A model generated the notes under the pieces. The model made no database searches. It saw only the letters and a list, made by a program, of their open reading frames with translations, and was not told the DNA's origin. 39,402 nucleotides of DNA from Candidatus Rokuibacteriota bacterium (lineage in GTDB: Bacteria > JAUVQV01 > DATDCY01): the NCBI GenBank assembly GCA_031406795.1, contig JANOHV010000018.1:1-39402 (forward strand). Reading direction: 5' to 3'. This document shows, one piece after another, positions 1 through 9,167 of this stretch. Within the stretch, counting starts at the first letter, position 1. Each line of letters opens with the position of its first letter. The translations under genes were made by a program, and so were the position numbers.

Positions 1-213
1 TTCGGCATCGAGGCGAACGACTACCGCTTCGCGAAGACCTCGGGGTTCGCGCCGGTCGAGACCTCCCGCCCCGGCGCTGCCCTGCGTCACGGTGTCAGGG
101 ATGTCCTTGGGGCCCTGGTAGGTGCCGGTGACGAAGACGCCGGGGCGGGAGGTCTCGACCGGCGCGAACCCCGAGGTCTTCGCGAAGCGGTAGTCGTTCG
201 CCTCGATGCCGAA
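1..213. repeat. Perfect 76-bp inverted repeat (1-76 vs 138-213) at the window edge, probable fold-back chimera
   Basis: Bases 1-76 are the exact reverse complement of 138-213, with a 61-nt spacer. The HdrA reading frame loses protein-like sequence after ...DTVTQGSA at this junction. Confidence 0.95.
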
Positions 214-2751
214 GATCTCCGCGAACTGCGCCGCGTCCTTGTGCGGCTCGAAGCCGACCGAGAGGACGACCATGTCGAAGACCTCGTCGACCAGCTTGCC
301 GTCCTCGAGCGCATGGCGCAGCACCAGGTTGCCGGTCTCCGGCTCCTCGCGGACCGCCGAGATCATCGCTCGCTGGTACTTCACCCCGTACTCGTTCTTC
401 GCCCGCTCGACGTATTTGTCGAAATCCTTGCCGAAGGCGCGCATCTCCATGAAGAAGATCTTCGGCTCGATGTGCGCGTCGTGCTCCTTGGCGATGATCG
501 CCTGTTTGGTCGCGTACATGCAGCAGACCGAGGAGCACCAGGGGTTGGCGTTGTGCGGGTCGCGCGAGCCGACGCACTGGATCCAGGCGACCTTCACCGG
601 GTGCCTGGCGTCCGAGGGGCGCTTCACGACGCCCTTGGAGGGGCCGGAGGCGGAGAGAATCCGCTCGAACTGGATCGAGGTCACCACGTTCGGCCAGCGC
701 CCGAGGCCGAGTTCGCCGCGCACGCGGCCGTCGTAGAGCTGGGCGCCGGGGGCGAGGATCACCGCGCCGACCTGGAGTTCGACCTGTTCCTCGTAGGGCG
801 AATCGTGCACGATCGCCTTGGCCAGGCAGGCGTCGACGCAGAAGTAGCACTCGCAGCAGCCGGCGCAGTTGAGACAGCGCCCGGCCTCCTTGACCGCCAC
901 GGCCTCCGGGAAACCCAGTTCGGTCTCCTTGAAGTTGCCGCGGCGCTCGGCCAGCGGCAGTTTGGGCATGCCCGCCTTCGGGCTGGTGGCGACTCCCGCG
1001 ATATCCTTGATGAATTTCGTGCGATCCTTGAGCTTCGGGCGGTTCTCGTGCATGTCCAGGCCGCGCAGGTACCGGTGGATCGACTCCGCGCCGTTGCGGC
1101 CCATGCCGATCGCCTGCACCACGGTGCTCGGGCCGGTGACCGCGTCGCCGCCGGCGAAGACGCCGGGCCGGCTCGTGGCCAGCGTCGCCGGGTCGGCCTC
1201 GAAGCACTGCCACTTGTTGGTCTTGAGGTTCTCGCCCTCGAGGCCGGCCAGATCCGGCTCCTGGCTGATCGCGGCGATCAGCACGTCGCAGGGGAGAACG
1301 TAGTTGGAGCCCTCGATCGGAACCGGACGGCGACGGCCGCTCTTGTCCGGCTCGCCGAGCTGCATCTTCTGGACCTCCAGCCCGGTGACCTTGCCGTTCG
1401 CCCCGATGACCCGGACCGGGGCCACGAGGGTCTGGATCTTCACGCCCTCCTCCTCGGCCTCCTCGATCTCCCAGGCGTTGGCGGGCATCTCGGGGACGGT
1501 GCGCCGGTAGGCGATCACGACCTCGGCGCCGAGGCGCAGCGAGGTGCGCGCCGAGTCGATCGCCGCGTTGCCGCCGCCGACAACGACGACCTTTTTGCCG
1601 GCGTAGTCCGGCTTGTTGTCGAGGTTGACGTCGCGCAAGAATGCGATGCAGTCGAGCACCTCGGGGAAGTCCTTCTCGCCGGGGATCTGCAGCTGCAGCG
1701 CCTTGTGCGTGCCGAGCGCGACGAAGACCGCCTTGAAACCGTCCTTCTGCAGCGAGTCGATCGTGAAGTCCTTACCCAGCGCCTGGTTGACCTTGAGCTC
1801 GACGCCGAGCGAGCAGATCTGGTCGATCTCCTTCTGGACCACGTCCTTCGGAAGGCGGTAGGCGGGGATCGAGACGCGCAGCATGCCGCCGGCGACCGGC
1901 AGCTTCTCGAAGACCGTCACCCGGTAGCCCTTGAGCGCGAGATCGCGCGCGCAGGTCATGCCCGCGGGACCGCTGCCCACGACCGCGACCTTCTCGAGCT
2001 TTTCGGCCGGGAGCGCCGGGACTTGAAAGCCGCCGTGCCCGTCCTCCCAGTCGGTCAAAAAGCGCTTGAGATAGCAGATCTGCACCGGCGCGTCGACGTC
2101 CCCGCGGCGGCAGGCGCTCTCGCAGGGGTGCGTGCAGACACGGCCGATCGACGCCGGGAACGGGTTCGTGCGCCGGACGACCTCGAGGGCCTCCGTGTAG
2201 CGGCCCGCGGCGGTCAGCGTCACGTAGGCGTGCGCGTTGACCTCGGCCGGGCAGTCGACGCGGCAGGGGGAGATCCCCACCTTGTCGACGGTCACGATGC
2301 CGGGCACGGCCTGCGCGTAGCGCCGGTTGATCGCCGTGCGCTTGACAAGGCCCTGGTCGTACTCGCTGGGCACGAAGACCGGGCACTTCTCGACGCACGC
2401 CATGCAGCCGGTGCACTTCTTGGGGTCGATGAACCGGGACTTCTTCAGGACTTTTGCCGTGAAGTCCCCGGCGGCGCCGGCGAGCGCCGTGACCTCGGAC
2501 TGCGTCAGGATGTTTATATTCATGTGGCGGCCCGCCGAGACCATCTTCGGCGAGATCATGCACATCGCGCAGTCGCCGGTCGGGAAGGTCTTGTCCAGCG
2601 AGGACATCGTCCCGCCGATCGAGGACTCCTTCTGCACCAGATGGACCTTGAAGCCGCTGTCGGCCAGGTCCAGGGCGGCCTGCATGCCGCCGATGCCGCC
2701 GCCGACGACGAGAACCGACCCGCGCTTGCCGCTCGACGAGAGAACGCTCAT
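1..2751 (-). CDS. hdrA: Large HdrA-like (HdrL-type) flavoprotein with inserted GltD-like NAD(P)H-binding module; 3'-truncated
   Basis: Translated by hand from ATG 2751 (RBS GAGG); absent from the ORF track because it has no stop before the edge. Motifs: VLVVGGGIGGMQAALDLA, LDKTFPTGDCAMC, CTGCMACVEKCP, GRVCTHPCESACRR, VAVVGSGPAG, VVVVGGGNAAIDSAR, CLNCAGCCECYFCVDAC, IQCVGSRD, WCSSVCCMYATKQA. Confidence 0.9.
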   Translation of the reverse strand, partial: MSVLSSSGKRGSVLVVGGGIGGMQAALDLADSGFKVHLVQKESSIGGTMSSLDKTFPTGDCAMCMISPKMVSAGRHMNINILTQSEVTALAGAAGDFTAKVLKKSRFIDPKKCTGCMACVEKCPVFVPSEYDQGLVKRTAINRRYAQAVPGIVTVDKVGISPCRVDCPAEVNAHAYVTLTAAGRYTEALEVVRRTNPFPASIGRVCTHPCESACRRGDVDAPVQICYLKRFLTDWEDGHGGFQVPALPAEKLEKVAVVGSGPAGMTCARDLALKGYRVTVFEKLPVAGGMLRVSIPAYRLPKDVVQKEIDQICSLGVELKVNQALGKDFTIDSLQKDGFKAVFVALGTHKALQLQIPGEKDFPEVLDCIAFLRDVNLDNKPDYAGKKVVVVGGGNAAIDSARTSLRLGAEVVIAYRRTVPEMPANAWEIEEAEEEGVKIQTLVAPVRVIGANGKVTGLEVQKMQLGEPDKSGRRRPVPIEGSNYVLPCDVLIAAISQEPDLAGLEGENLKTNKWQCFEADPATLATSRPGVFAGGDAVTGPSTVVQAIGMGRNGAESIHRYLRGLDMHENRPKLKDRTKFIKDIAGVATSPKAGMPKLPLAERRGNFKETELGFPEAVAVKEAGRCLNCAGCCECYFCVDACLAKAIVHDSPYEEQVELQVGAVILAPGAQLYDGRVRGELGLGRWPNVVTSIQFERILSASGPSKGVVKRPSDARHPVKVAWIQCVGSRDPHNANPWCSSVCCMYATKQAIIAKEHDAHIEPKIFFMEMRAFGKDFDKYVERAKNEYGVKYQRAMISAVREEPETGNLVLRHALEDGKLVDEVFDMVVLSVGFEPHKDAAQFAEIFGIEANDYRFAKTSGFAPVETSRPGVFVTGTYQGPKDIPDTVTQGSAGAGGLDRREPRGLREAVVVRLDAE

Positions 2752-2763
2752 GCTGACCTCGTG

Positions 2764-2828
2764 CGGGAGGGGATCAACCCCTCCCCTACGTACGTGCCGA
2801 CTGCAGGTGCGGGATTCATTCCCGCCCG
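2764..2828. repeat. Pair of oppositely oriented 26-nt GTAG-type REP-like palindromes
   Basis: Minus strand 2789-2764: GTAGGGGAGGGG-TTGAT-CCCCTCCCG. Plus strand 2803-2828: GCAGGTGCGGGA-TTCAT-TCCCGCCCG. Same length and layout. Confidence 0.65.
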
Positions 2829-2857
2829 AAAGAACGAAACGACCGAAGTCCGATTGT

Positions 2858-3733
2858 TCATGCCAATCTCAATTTCTTAAGCAACTCGACGGCCTCCTCG
2901 AGATGGCGGTCGATCTGCAGCTCGACGGGGTTCATGCCGAGAGCGATCCCGAGCAGTTCGGTGATCAGGTAGACCGGGAGCCGCTCGCGGATCCCGTGCT
3001 TCTCGCGGACCTGGTCCTGGTAGGCGTCGAGATTGAGCTGACACATCGGACAGGTCGCGACGAAGCAGTTCGCGCCCCGCGCGATCGCGTCCCGCATGAT
3101 CTTCGCCATCAGCAACAGCGCCTGGTCGGTGTCGTTCACGGACGCGGAGGCCCCGCAACAATCGGTCTTCAGGCCCCACTCGATCGGCTCGGCCCCGAGC
3201 GCCCGGCAGACGATCTCCATCCCCTGCGGGTTCTCGACGTCGTCCGACACCGGGACCTCGCTCGGAAAGCGGGACAGCAGGCAGCCGTAATACGCGGCCG
3301 GCTTCAGGCCATCGAGCCGCTTCTGCACCTTGCGCGCGAGCTCGCCGGAGCGGACCTTCGGCAGCAGCACCTCGAGGATGGTCGAGACCTTGATCCGGCC
3401 GGAGACTTTCGCGCCGAGTTCGGCGTTGATCTCGGCCGTCAGTTTCGGGTCGGCGGCCAGACGCTGCTGGGCCACCAGGGTCCGGCTGTAGCACGAGGAG
3501 CAGGGAATCATGATCTCGGCGAGGCCGGTGGCGTCCGCGATGCCGAGATTGCGCGCCGGCAGCGCGAGCGCGAGGAAATCGTTGATCTTCGCCGCCGAGG
3601 TCGCGCCGCAGCAGTTCCAGTCCTCGATCTCGCGCAGCGCGATGTCGAGCTTCGGCAGCACCGTCTTGCACTGCACGTCGTAGAGCTCCGACGAGGCGTG
3701 CAGCGAACAGCCCGGGAAATAGGCGACTTCCAT
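2858..3733 (-). CDS. hdrB: Heterodisulfide reductase subunit B (CCG-domain protein), 291 aa
   Basis: Start MEVAYFPGCSLH; two CCG motifs (WNCCGA, TDCCGA) with PCSSC, YYGCLL and TCPMCQLNLD. Confidence 0.93.
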   Translation of the reverse strand: MEVAYFPGCSLHASSELYDVQCKTVLPKLDIALREIEDWNCCGATSAAKINDFLALALPARNLGIADATGLAEIMIPCSSCYSRTLVAQQRLAADPKLTAEINAELGAKVSGRIKVSTILEVLLPKVRSGELARKVQKRLDGLKPAAYYGCLLSRFPSEVPVSDDVENPQGMEIVCRALGAEPIEWGLKTDCCGASASVNDTDQALLLMAKIMRDAIARGANCFVATCPMCQLNLDAYQDQVREKHGIRERLPVYLITELLGIALGMNPVELQIDRHLEEAVELLKKLRLA

Positions 3734-3762
3734 CTGATGTCCTCTCTCCGACGCGTCCGTCG

Positions 3763-4356
3763 CTACGCGCCCGACTTGCGGAAGAGCGCCTTGATCTCGC
3801 CCTTGTTCTTCACCGACTCGTACTTGAGGTGCATCCGCTTCTTCTGCATCATCGCCTTGCCGAGCTTCGCCTGGGACGCGACCTCTTCGATGGCCGCCTT
3901 GAGCCCGCCGCGCTTGAACTCGCCGAGCGCCGCCTGCATCTCGTACATGCCCATGCCAACCAGTTCGTTGAACCGCCCAGCCTGCCCCGCGGCCTTGACG
4001 AACGCGCCGTGGAACGCCGCGACCTTCGGCAACAACGGCTCGAGGTGGGCCTTCTTGCCCATCTGCTTGAGCACCTCGGTGATGCGCGCGGTCTGGATGT
4101 TGTTCGGGCAGCGGGTGCCGCAGGTGTAGCAGGCGACGCATTTCCAGACGAGCATGTTCTCCAGGGCGCCCTTGGTGTCGCCGAGCAGGATCATCCGGAT
4201 CAACCGGTCGGGCGTCACGACGCTCTCCACGCCGACGGGGCAGCCGGCGGCGCAGCGGCGGCACTGGTAGCAAGCCAGCAGGTTCTGGCCCGAGCGCTCA
4301 GCCACCTCCTGCGCGAGCGACGGCGCGGCCTCGACCTTCAACGCCCCGGCGGTCAT
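3763..4356 (-). CDS. hdrC: Heterodisulfide reductase subunit C (2x[4Fe-4S]), 197 aa
   Basis: CYQCRRCAAGCP and CVACYTCGTRCP; ATG 4356 follows GGAGGTG; directly upstream of hdrB. Confidence 0.9.
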   Translation of the reverse strand: MTAGALKVEAAPSLAQEVAERSGQNLLACYQCRRCAAGCPVGVESVVTPDRLIRMILLGDTKGALENMLVWKCVACYTCGTRCPNNIQTARITEVLKQMGKKAHLEPLLPKVAAFHGAFVKAAGQAGRFNELVGMGMYEMQAALGEFKRGGLKAAIEEVASQAKLGKAMMQKKRMHLKYESVKNKGEIKALFRKSGA

Positions 4357-4399
4357 TCCGACACCTCCCGCAGTTGAACCTCTGATTGTTTCGGGTGCG

Positions 4400-4428
4400 A
4401 TTCTCGAACAGTCTCGCCGCGGTGTCAA
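4400..4428 (-). promoter_or_regulatory. Sigma70-type promoter for hdrCBA
   Basis: TTGACA-17 nt-GAGAAT on the minus strand, about 45 nt upstream of hdrC. Confidence 0.6.
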
Positions 4429-4534
4429 GAACTATAGATCGGCGGGAAAATGGCAGAGAATTTGCCGGGTTCCCTCAGGTCCCCGCGGGGATCGCCGCAC
4501 GATCCCGGCGGAGTGGATCCGGTGAATGGGGAGC

Positions 4535-4563
4535 TTGACAAACCACCGCCGATGGCAAATATT
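4535..4563 (+). promoter_or_regulatory. Sigma70-type promoter for the sensor kinase
   Basis: TTGACA-17 nt-AATATT. Confidence 0.55.
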
Positions 4564-4668
4564 GTGAATTGTAGAGCAAGCCTCTTGTCGCCGGTTCAAC
4601 GCGAAGCACGGTACGAGTTTTTGTCGCTGGGCGATTGGCAGCGTTCCCACGCCACGGGAGGTGTTGCC

Positions 4669-7600
4669 GTGTACCGCACCATGCAGCGCGCAATCGCGAC
4701 AGCGGTCCTCCTCGCGCTGCTCGCTGTGTTCCTCCCGGCCGCAGCGCTCCCCGCCTCGCCGCCTGTCACCGTCAGAATCGGCGTTCTGGTCAACCGCAGC
4801 CCGGGCGAGACCGTCAGGATCTGGTCACCCACTGCGGAGTACCTCGGCGCGCAGATTCCCGGTTTCGCCTTCACGATCGTCCCGCTCGAATTCCGCCGGA
4901 TCGTCGCCGCGGTCGGCCGCGGCGAAGTCGATTTCGTGCTCGCGAACCCCTCGATCTATGTCGAACTCGAAACCCGGCACGACACCACGCGGCTCGTGAC
5001 GCTAAAGAACGCGGAAGCTTCCTCCCGATTCGGCGGGGTGATCTTCTGCCGGGCCTCCCGAAACGACATCCGCGAACTCGGCGATCTGCGGGGCAAGTCC
5101 TTCGCGGCTGTGAACGAGGCGTCGCTCGACGGTTGGCAGGTCGCCTGGCGGGAGTTGATGGCCGACGGCATCGACCCGCTCCGCGACTTCTCCGCGCTGG
5201 CCTTCCTGCAGACGCACGACGCCGTCGTAAGCGCCGTGCGGGACGGCAGGTTCGACGCCGGCACCGTGCGGACCGACATCCTCGAGCGCCTGGCCAGGGC
5301 CGGGCTGATCAGCATGGCCGACTACCGCATCGTGAATCCCCAACGGCGCGCCGATTTCCCGTTCGTCGTCAGTACCCGGCTCTATCCCGAATGGCCATTC
5401 GCCAAAGTCTACGGCACCCCCGAGGCGCTCGCGAAGAAGGTGGCCGTGTCGTTGTTGAGCATGAGCCCCGACAGCCCCGCCGCACTCGCTGCCGACCTCG
5501 CGGGCTGGACGACGCCGCTGGTCTACCAGCCCGTTCACGATCTGATGAAGGAGCTGCGCATCGGCCCTTACCGCGATTTCGGCAAGATCCCGCTGCGGGC
5601 CGCACTGCTGCTGTACTGGTACTGGGTCGCCCTGGCCGCCCTCGCACTGGTCGCGATGGGGGGGATCACGACCCACCTCGTCCGGCTGAACCGCAGGCTG
5701 AGGCAATCGCGGGAGGAGTTGGAAGATTCCCGACGGGGGCTCGAAGCGCAAGTTCTGGCGCGGACCGCCGATCTGGAGCGAAGCAATGCCGACCTTCGAC
5801 ACGAGGTCAACCAGCGCAAGCAAGCCGAACTGGACAGCCACCTGGCGCGCGAGGAATGGGAGCTGACCTTCAACAGCATCCCGGATCTGATCGCGATCAT
5901 CGGCACCGACTACCGCGTTCTCAAGGTCAACCGTTCCCTGGCGGAGAAGGTGGGCAGACCCCCGGAAGCGCTTGTCGGTGAGACCTGCTCCGTCATCATC
6001 TGCGGCGCCGGGAAACCGGCCGCCCTGTGTCCGCACCCGCTGACGCAGGCGGATGGCGGGATTCATTCCAGCGAAATGCACCTCGTGCATCTCGGGGGCG
6101 ATTTCCTCGTGACGACATCGCCTCTCAACGACGCGGAGGGGGGCTCGATCGGGGTCGTTCACATCTGCCGCGACATCACCGCCGCGGTTCGCGCGCGGCA
6201 GGAGCGGGAAGAGGCGCGGCGATTTCTGCAGGCAGTCATCGACGGGGTCAGCGAAGAGATCATGGTCATCGCGCCGGATCACCGGGTCGTGCTGATGAAC
6301 CTCGCGGCGCGCGAAGTCACAAGCGCCGACACCTACTGCTATTGCCTCTCGCACGGCAGAGACACGCCGTGCGAGGACGACCACCCCTGCCCCCTGCAAA
6401 CCGTCATCGAGACGAAGAAGCCGGTAACCGTCACCCACACGCACCGGCGCCGCAGCGGCGCCGCGTTCCAGGTCGAGATCCTGGCCTCACCGATCTTCGA
6501 CGCCCACGGCGAGGTCAAGTTCGTCGTGGAAGCCTGCCGGGACGTCACCGAGAAGCTGGCCCTGGGAGCGCTGCAGCAAAAGGTGCAGGAACAACGGTCG
6601 CAGGAGCAGAAGGAGCAGTCGATCGCCACGCTGGCGGGAGGAATCGCCCATGATTTCAACAACATCCTGATGGGGGTCATCGGTAACGCGGAACTCCTCG
6701 CGCTGATCTCCCCCGCCACGGAACCGCAACAGGAGCGAATCGGCACCATCATCGAACTCTCGAAACGCATGGCGCACCTGACCGGGCAGCTCCTGGCCTA
6801 CTCGCGACAGGGCGCATACGAGCGCCGGGAACTCTCGCTCAATGACGCCGTGGCGGAGGCGGCCGGTCTGGCGCACCCGCGACCAGCGAGCGCGGTCGAG
6901 GTGAAGGCGCAGTATCAGCAGGACTTGTGGCCGGTCCTGGCCGACCCGAGCCAGATCAGTCAGGTCCTGGTCAGCCTGCTGACCAACGCGTTCGAGGCCA
7001 TGGAGACCGGCGGCGGCCGCCTGAGCATTCTCACGGAGAACATCCGCGGGAAGGCGGCCTGGGAGTGCAGCCTCAAGCACCACCACCCGGGGGGCGATTT
7101 TGTCCATCTGAGGATTGCGGACAGCGGTCACGGCATTCCGGCCGACATCCAGCCCCGGATCTTCGACCCGTTCTTCACGACACGATTCATGGGCCGCGGC
7201 CTGGGCCTGTCGGCCGCATTGGGAATCGTCCGGAATCACGGCGGCTGCATCTCGGTCGAGAGCGCGCCGGGACGGGGCGCTTCGTTCGACGTCTATCTTC
7301 CGGCTCAGGCTGCGGCAGCAACCGACGGGGAACCGCAGCGTCGGCCGAAGGCGTACCCGGCAAGAAAGATCCTGGTGGTGGAAGACGAAGCGACGGTACT
7401 CGCGCTTCTTCAGACGCTGCTCGCCCGATTGGGTTTCGAGGCGATCCCGGCCGAAAGCGGCGCCAGGGCCCTGGCGCTCTTCGCCGCGGAGCGCAAGGAC
7501 ATCGCGCTGGCCATCCTCGACATTCAGATGGAAGGCATGGACGGCAAACAACTCGCCCGGGAGCTGAAGACGATCGATCCCGACCTCAAGGTGCTGATCT

Positions 7601-7725
7601 CGAGCGGCTACGACGAACAAACGGCGCTGCTGGGTCTGGAGCGGCGCTACTTCGAAGGCTTCATCCACAAGCCCTACGGCCTGGACGGACTGCGAACCGC
7701 CCTCTTGCGGCTCCTCGGGGACTGA
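4669..7725 (+). CDS. Hybrid sensor histidine kinase: periplasmic PhnD-like binding domain, TM, 2 PAS, HisKA, HATPase, receiver
   Basis: GTG 4669 after GGAGGTG (alternative ATG 4681). Signal-like N-terminus; binding-domain motifs VDFVLANPSIY, FDAGTVRTD, STRLYPEWPFA; H-box LAGGIAHDFNN; IFDPFFTT..GRGLGLS; receiver KILVVEDE..ILDIQM..IHKPY. Confidence 0.9.
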   Translation: MYRTMQRAIATAVLLALLAVFLPAAALPASPPVTVRIGVLVNRSPGETVRIWSPTAEYLGAQIPGFAFTIVPLEFRRIVAAVGRGEVDFVLANPSIYVELETRHDTTRLVTLKNAEASSRFGGVIFCRASRNDIRELGDLRGKSFAAVNEASLDGWQVAWRELMADGIDPLRDFSALAFLQTHDAVVSAVRDGRFDAGTVRTDILERLARAGLISMADYRIVNPQRRADFPFVVSTRLYPEWPFAKVYGTPEALAKKVAVSLLSMSPDSPAALAADLAGWTTPLVYQPVHDLMKELRIGPYRDFGKIPLRAALLLYWYWVALAALALVAMGGITTHLVRLNRRLRQSREELEDSRRGLEAQVLARTADLERSNADLRHEVNQRKQAELDSHLAREEWELTFNSIPDLIAIIGTDYRVLKVNRSLAEKVGRPPEALVGETCSVIICGAGKPAALCPHPLTQADGGIHSSEMHLVHLGGDFLVTTSPLNDAEGGSIGVVHICRDITAAVRARQEREEARRFLQAVIDGVSEEIMVIAPDHRVVLMNLAAREVTSADTYCYCLSHGRDTPCEDDHPCPLQTVIETKKPVTVTHTHRRRSGAAFQVEILASPIFDAHGEVKFVVEACRDVTEKLALGALQQKVQEQRSQEQKEQSIATLAGGIAHDFNNILMGVIGNAELLALISPATEPQQERIGTIIELSKRMAHLTGQLLAYSRQGAYERRELSLNDAVAEAAGLAHPRPASAVEVKAQYQQDLWPVLADPSQISQVLVSLLTNAFEAMETGGGRLSILTENIRGKAAWECSLKHHHPGGDFVHLRIADSGHGIPADIQPRIFDPFFTTRFMGRGLGLSAALGIVRNHGGCISVESAPGRGASFDVYLPAQAAAATDGEPQRRPKAYPARKILVVEDEATVLALLQTLLARLGFEAIPAESGARALALFAAERKDIALAILDIQMEGMDGKQLARELKTIDPDLKVLISSGYDEQTALLGLERRYFEGFIHKPYGLDGLRTALLRLLGD

Positions 7726-7834
7726 TCCGGCAGCGGTCCTAGCGCGGGCTTTTTGCCCGCAAGACTATGCAGGCTTGTCAATGAGAACGTTTTTGATTCG
7801 GCATTTCGATCGGCACTGTTCGAAAAGGTTGTTT

Positions 7835-7861
7835 GAAATCGTCGCGCCGCGCGATGATTTC
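7835..7861. terminator. 12-bp hairpin between the convergent kinase and bioA genes (possible terminator or 3' stabiliser)
   Basis: GAAATCGTCGCG-CCG-CGCGATGATTTC, 13 nt past the bioA stop. A second small hairpin GCGGGC-TTTTT-GCCCGC lies at 7744-7760. Neither has a clear U-tract. Confidence 0.4.
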
Positions 7862-7874
7862 CGGGAATAGTAGA

Positions 7875-9167
7875 TCAGATCCCGGTGTTGCCGAGCACCT
7901 CCGCGATCGCATTCGTGAGTCTGGAGAGATCGCGCGCCGTGATCACATACGGGGGCATCAGGTAGATCAACCGGCCGAAGGGGCGGATCCAGGCCCCGCG
8001 CTCCACGAAGGCGCGCTGCAAGGCCGCGACGTCCACCGGCCGGCGGGTTTCGACCACGCCGATCGCCCCGAGCACCCTGACGTCGGCGACGCCCGGCAGC
8101 GCGCGGCACCGCGCAAGTTCCCGCTCGAGCTGGGCCTCGATCCGCCGAACCCGGCGCTGCCACGGCGACGCGAGGAGCAAGTCCAGACTCGCGACGGCGA
8201 CGGCGCAGGCCAGCGGGTTGGCCATGAAGGTCGGGCCGTGCAGGAAGGTCCCGGGGCGGCCCGCGGCGATCCCCGCCAGCACCCGCCCGCTCGCCAGCGT
8301 CGCGGCCAGGCTGACGTAGCCGCCGGTCAACGCCTTGCCCAGGCAGAGGATGTCCGGCGTCACGGCGGCGTGTTCGCTGGCGAAGAGCTTGCCGGTGCGC
8401 CCGAAGCCGGTGGCGATCTCGTCGAGAATCAGCAGCACCCCCTCGCGGTCGCACAGCTGCCGCACGCGCCGGAGATAGCGGGGGGAGGAGAACCGCATCC
8501 CCCCCGCCCCCTGGACGATCGGTTCCAGGATCACGGCGGCAATGCGCCCGCCACGCGCCGTCAGCAGCTTCTCGAAACCGGCGATGGCGCGTTCGTTCCA
8601 GGCCGCGCCGAAGGCCGGGCCCGGGCGCGGCGCGAAGAGCTGCTCACGGAGGAGCCCCCGGAAGAGCCCGTGCATGCCGTTCACCGGGTCGCAGACCGAC
8701 ATCGCGGCGAACGTGTCGCCGTGATAGCCCCCGCGGACGGTGAGCAGGGTGTCACGACGCTTTTCACCGCGCCCCCGCCAGAACTGGAAGGCCATCTTGA
8801 TCGCCACCTCGACGGCGACGGAGCCGGAGTCGCAAAAGAAGACCTGTTCCAGACCGGCGGGCGCCAGATCCAGCAGGCGCGCCGCGAGTTCAACCGCGGG
8901 CCGGTGCGTGATCCCGCCGAACATGACGTGCGACATGTGGCGCAGCTGTTCGCTCGCGGCCCGGTTGAGCACCGGGTGATTGTAGCCGTGGATCGCCGCC
9001 CACCACGAGGACATGCCATCGATCAGCTCCCGCCCGTCCTCGAGTCTCAGCCGCACTCCGCGGGCGGAGTGCACGTGATAGACCGGCAGCGGGTGCGTTG
9101 GCGAAGTATATGGGTGAAGGAGATGCCGACGGTCGAAGGCGACCGGATCGGCAACTCGCATCACCAC
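7875..9167 (-). CDS. bioA: Adenosylmethionine-8-amino-7-oxononanoate aminotransferase
   Basis: [58 protein letters not shown]. Confidence 0.97.
   Translation of the reverse strand: MVMRVADPVAFDRRHLLHPYTSPTHPLPVYHVHSARGVRLRLEDGRELIDGMSSWWAAIHGYNHPVLNRAASEQLRHMSHVMFGGITHRPAVELAARLLDLAPAGLEQVFFCDSGSVAVEVAIKMAFQFWRGRGEKRRDTLLTVRGGYHGDTFAAMSVCDPVNGMHGLFRGLLREQLFAPRPGPAFGAAWNERAIAGFEKLLTARGGRIAAVILEPIVQGAGGMRFSSPRYLRRVRQLCDREGVLLILDEIATGFGRTGKLFASEHAAVTPDILCLGKALTGGYVSLAATLASGRVLAGIAAGRPGTFLHGPTFMANPLACAVAVASLDLLLASPWQRRVRRIEAQLERELARCRALPGVADVRVLGAIGVVETRRPVDVAALQRAFVERGAWIRPFGRLIYLMPPYVITARDLSRLTNAIAEVLGNTGI

Noticed and set aside
241-2880. 879-aa plus-strand ORF and similar long ORFs (7833-10208, 12350-14683, 24440-26572, 26627-28564, 28754-30907)
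   Set aside because: Antisense or alternate-frame shadows of well-supported genes, as expected in high-GC DNA; they contain no recognisable motifs.
4562-4579. Rex-like site TTGTGAA-TTGT-AGAGCAA near the hdr and kinase promoters
   Set aside because: The left half is perfect but the right half matches only 3 of 7 positions of TTCACAA; too weak to call.
4450-4668. N-terminal extensions from the ORF track (kinase from 4450; likewise hdrB from 4273, purH from 39139, pntB from 36177)
   Set aside because: They overlap promoters or other genes; downstream starts have RBSs and match the expected family N-termini.
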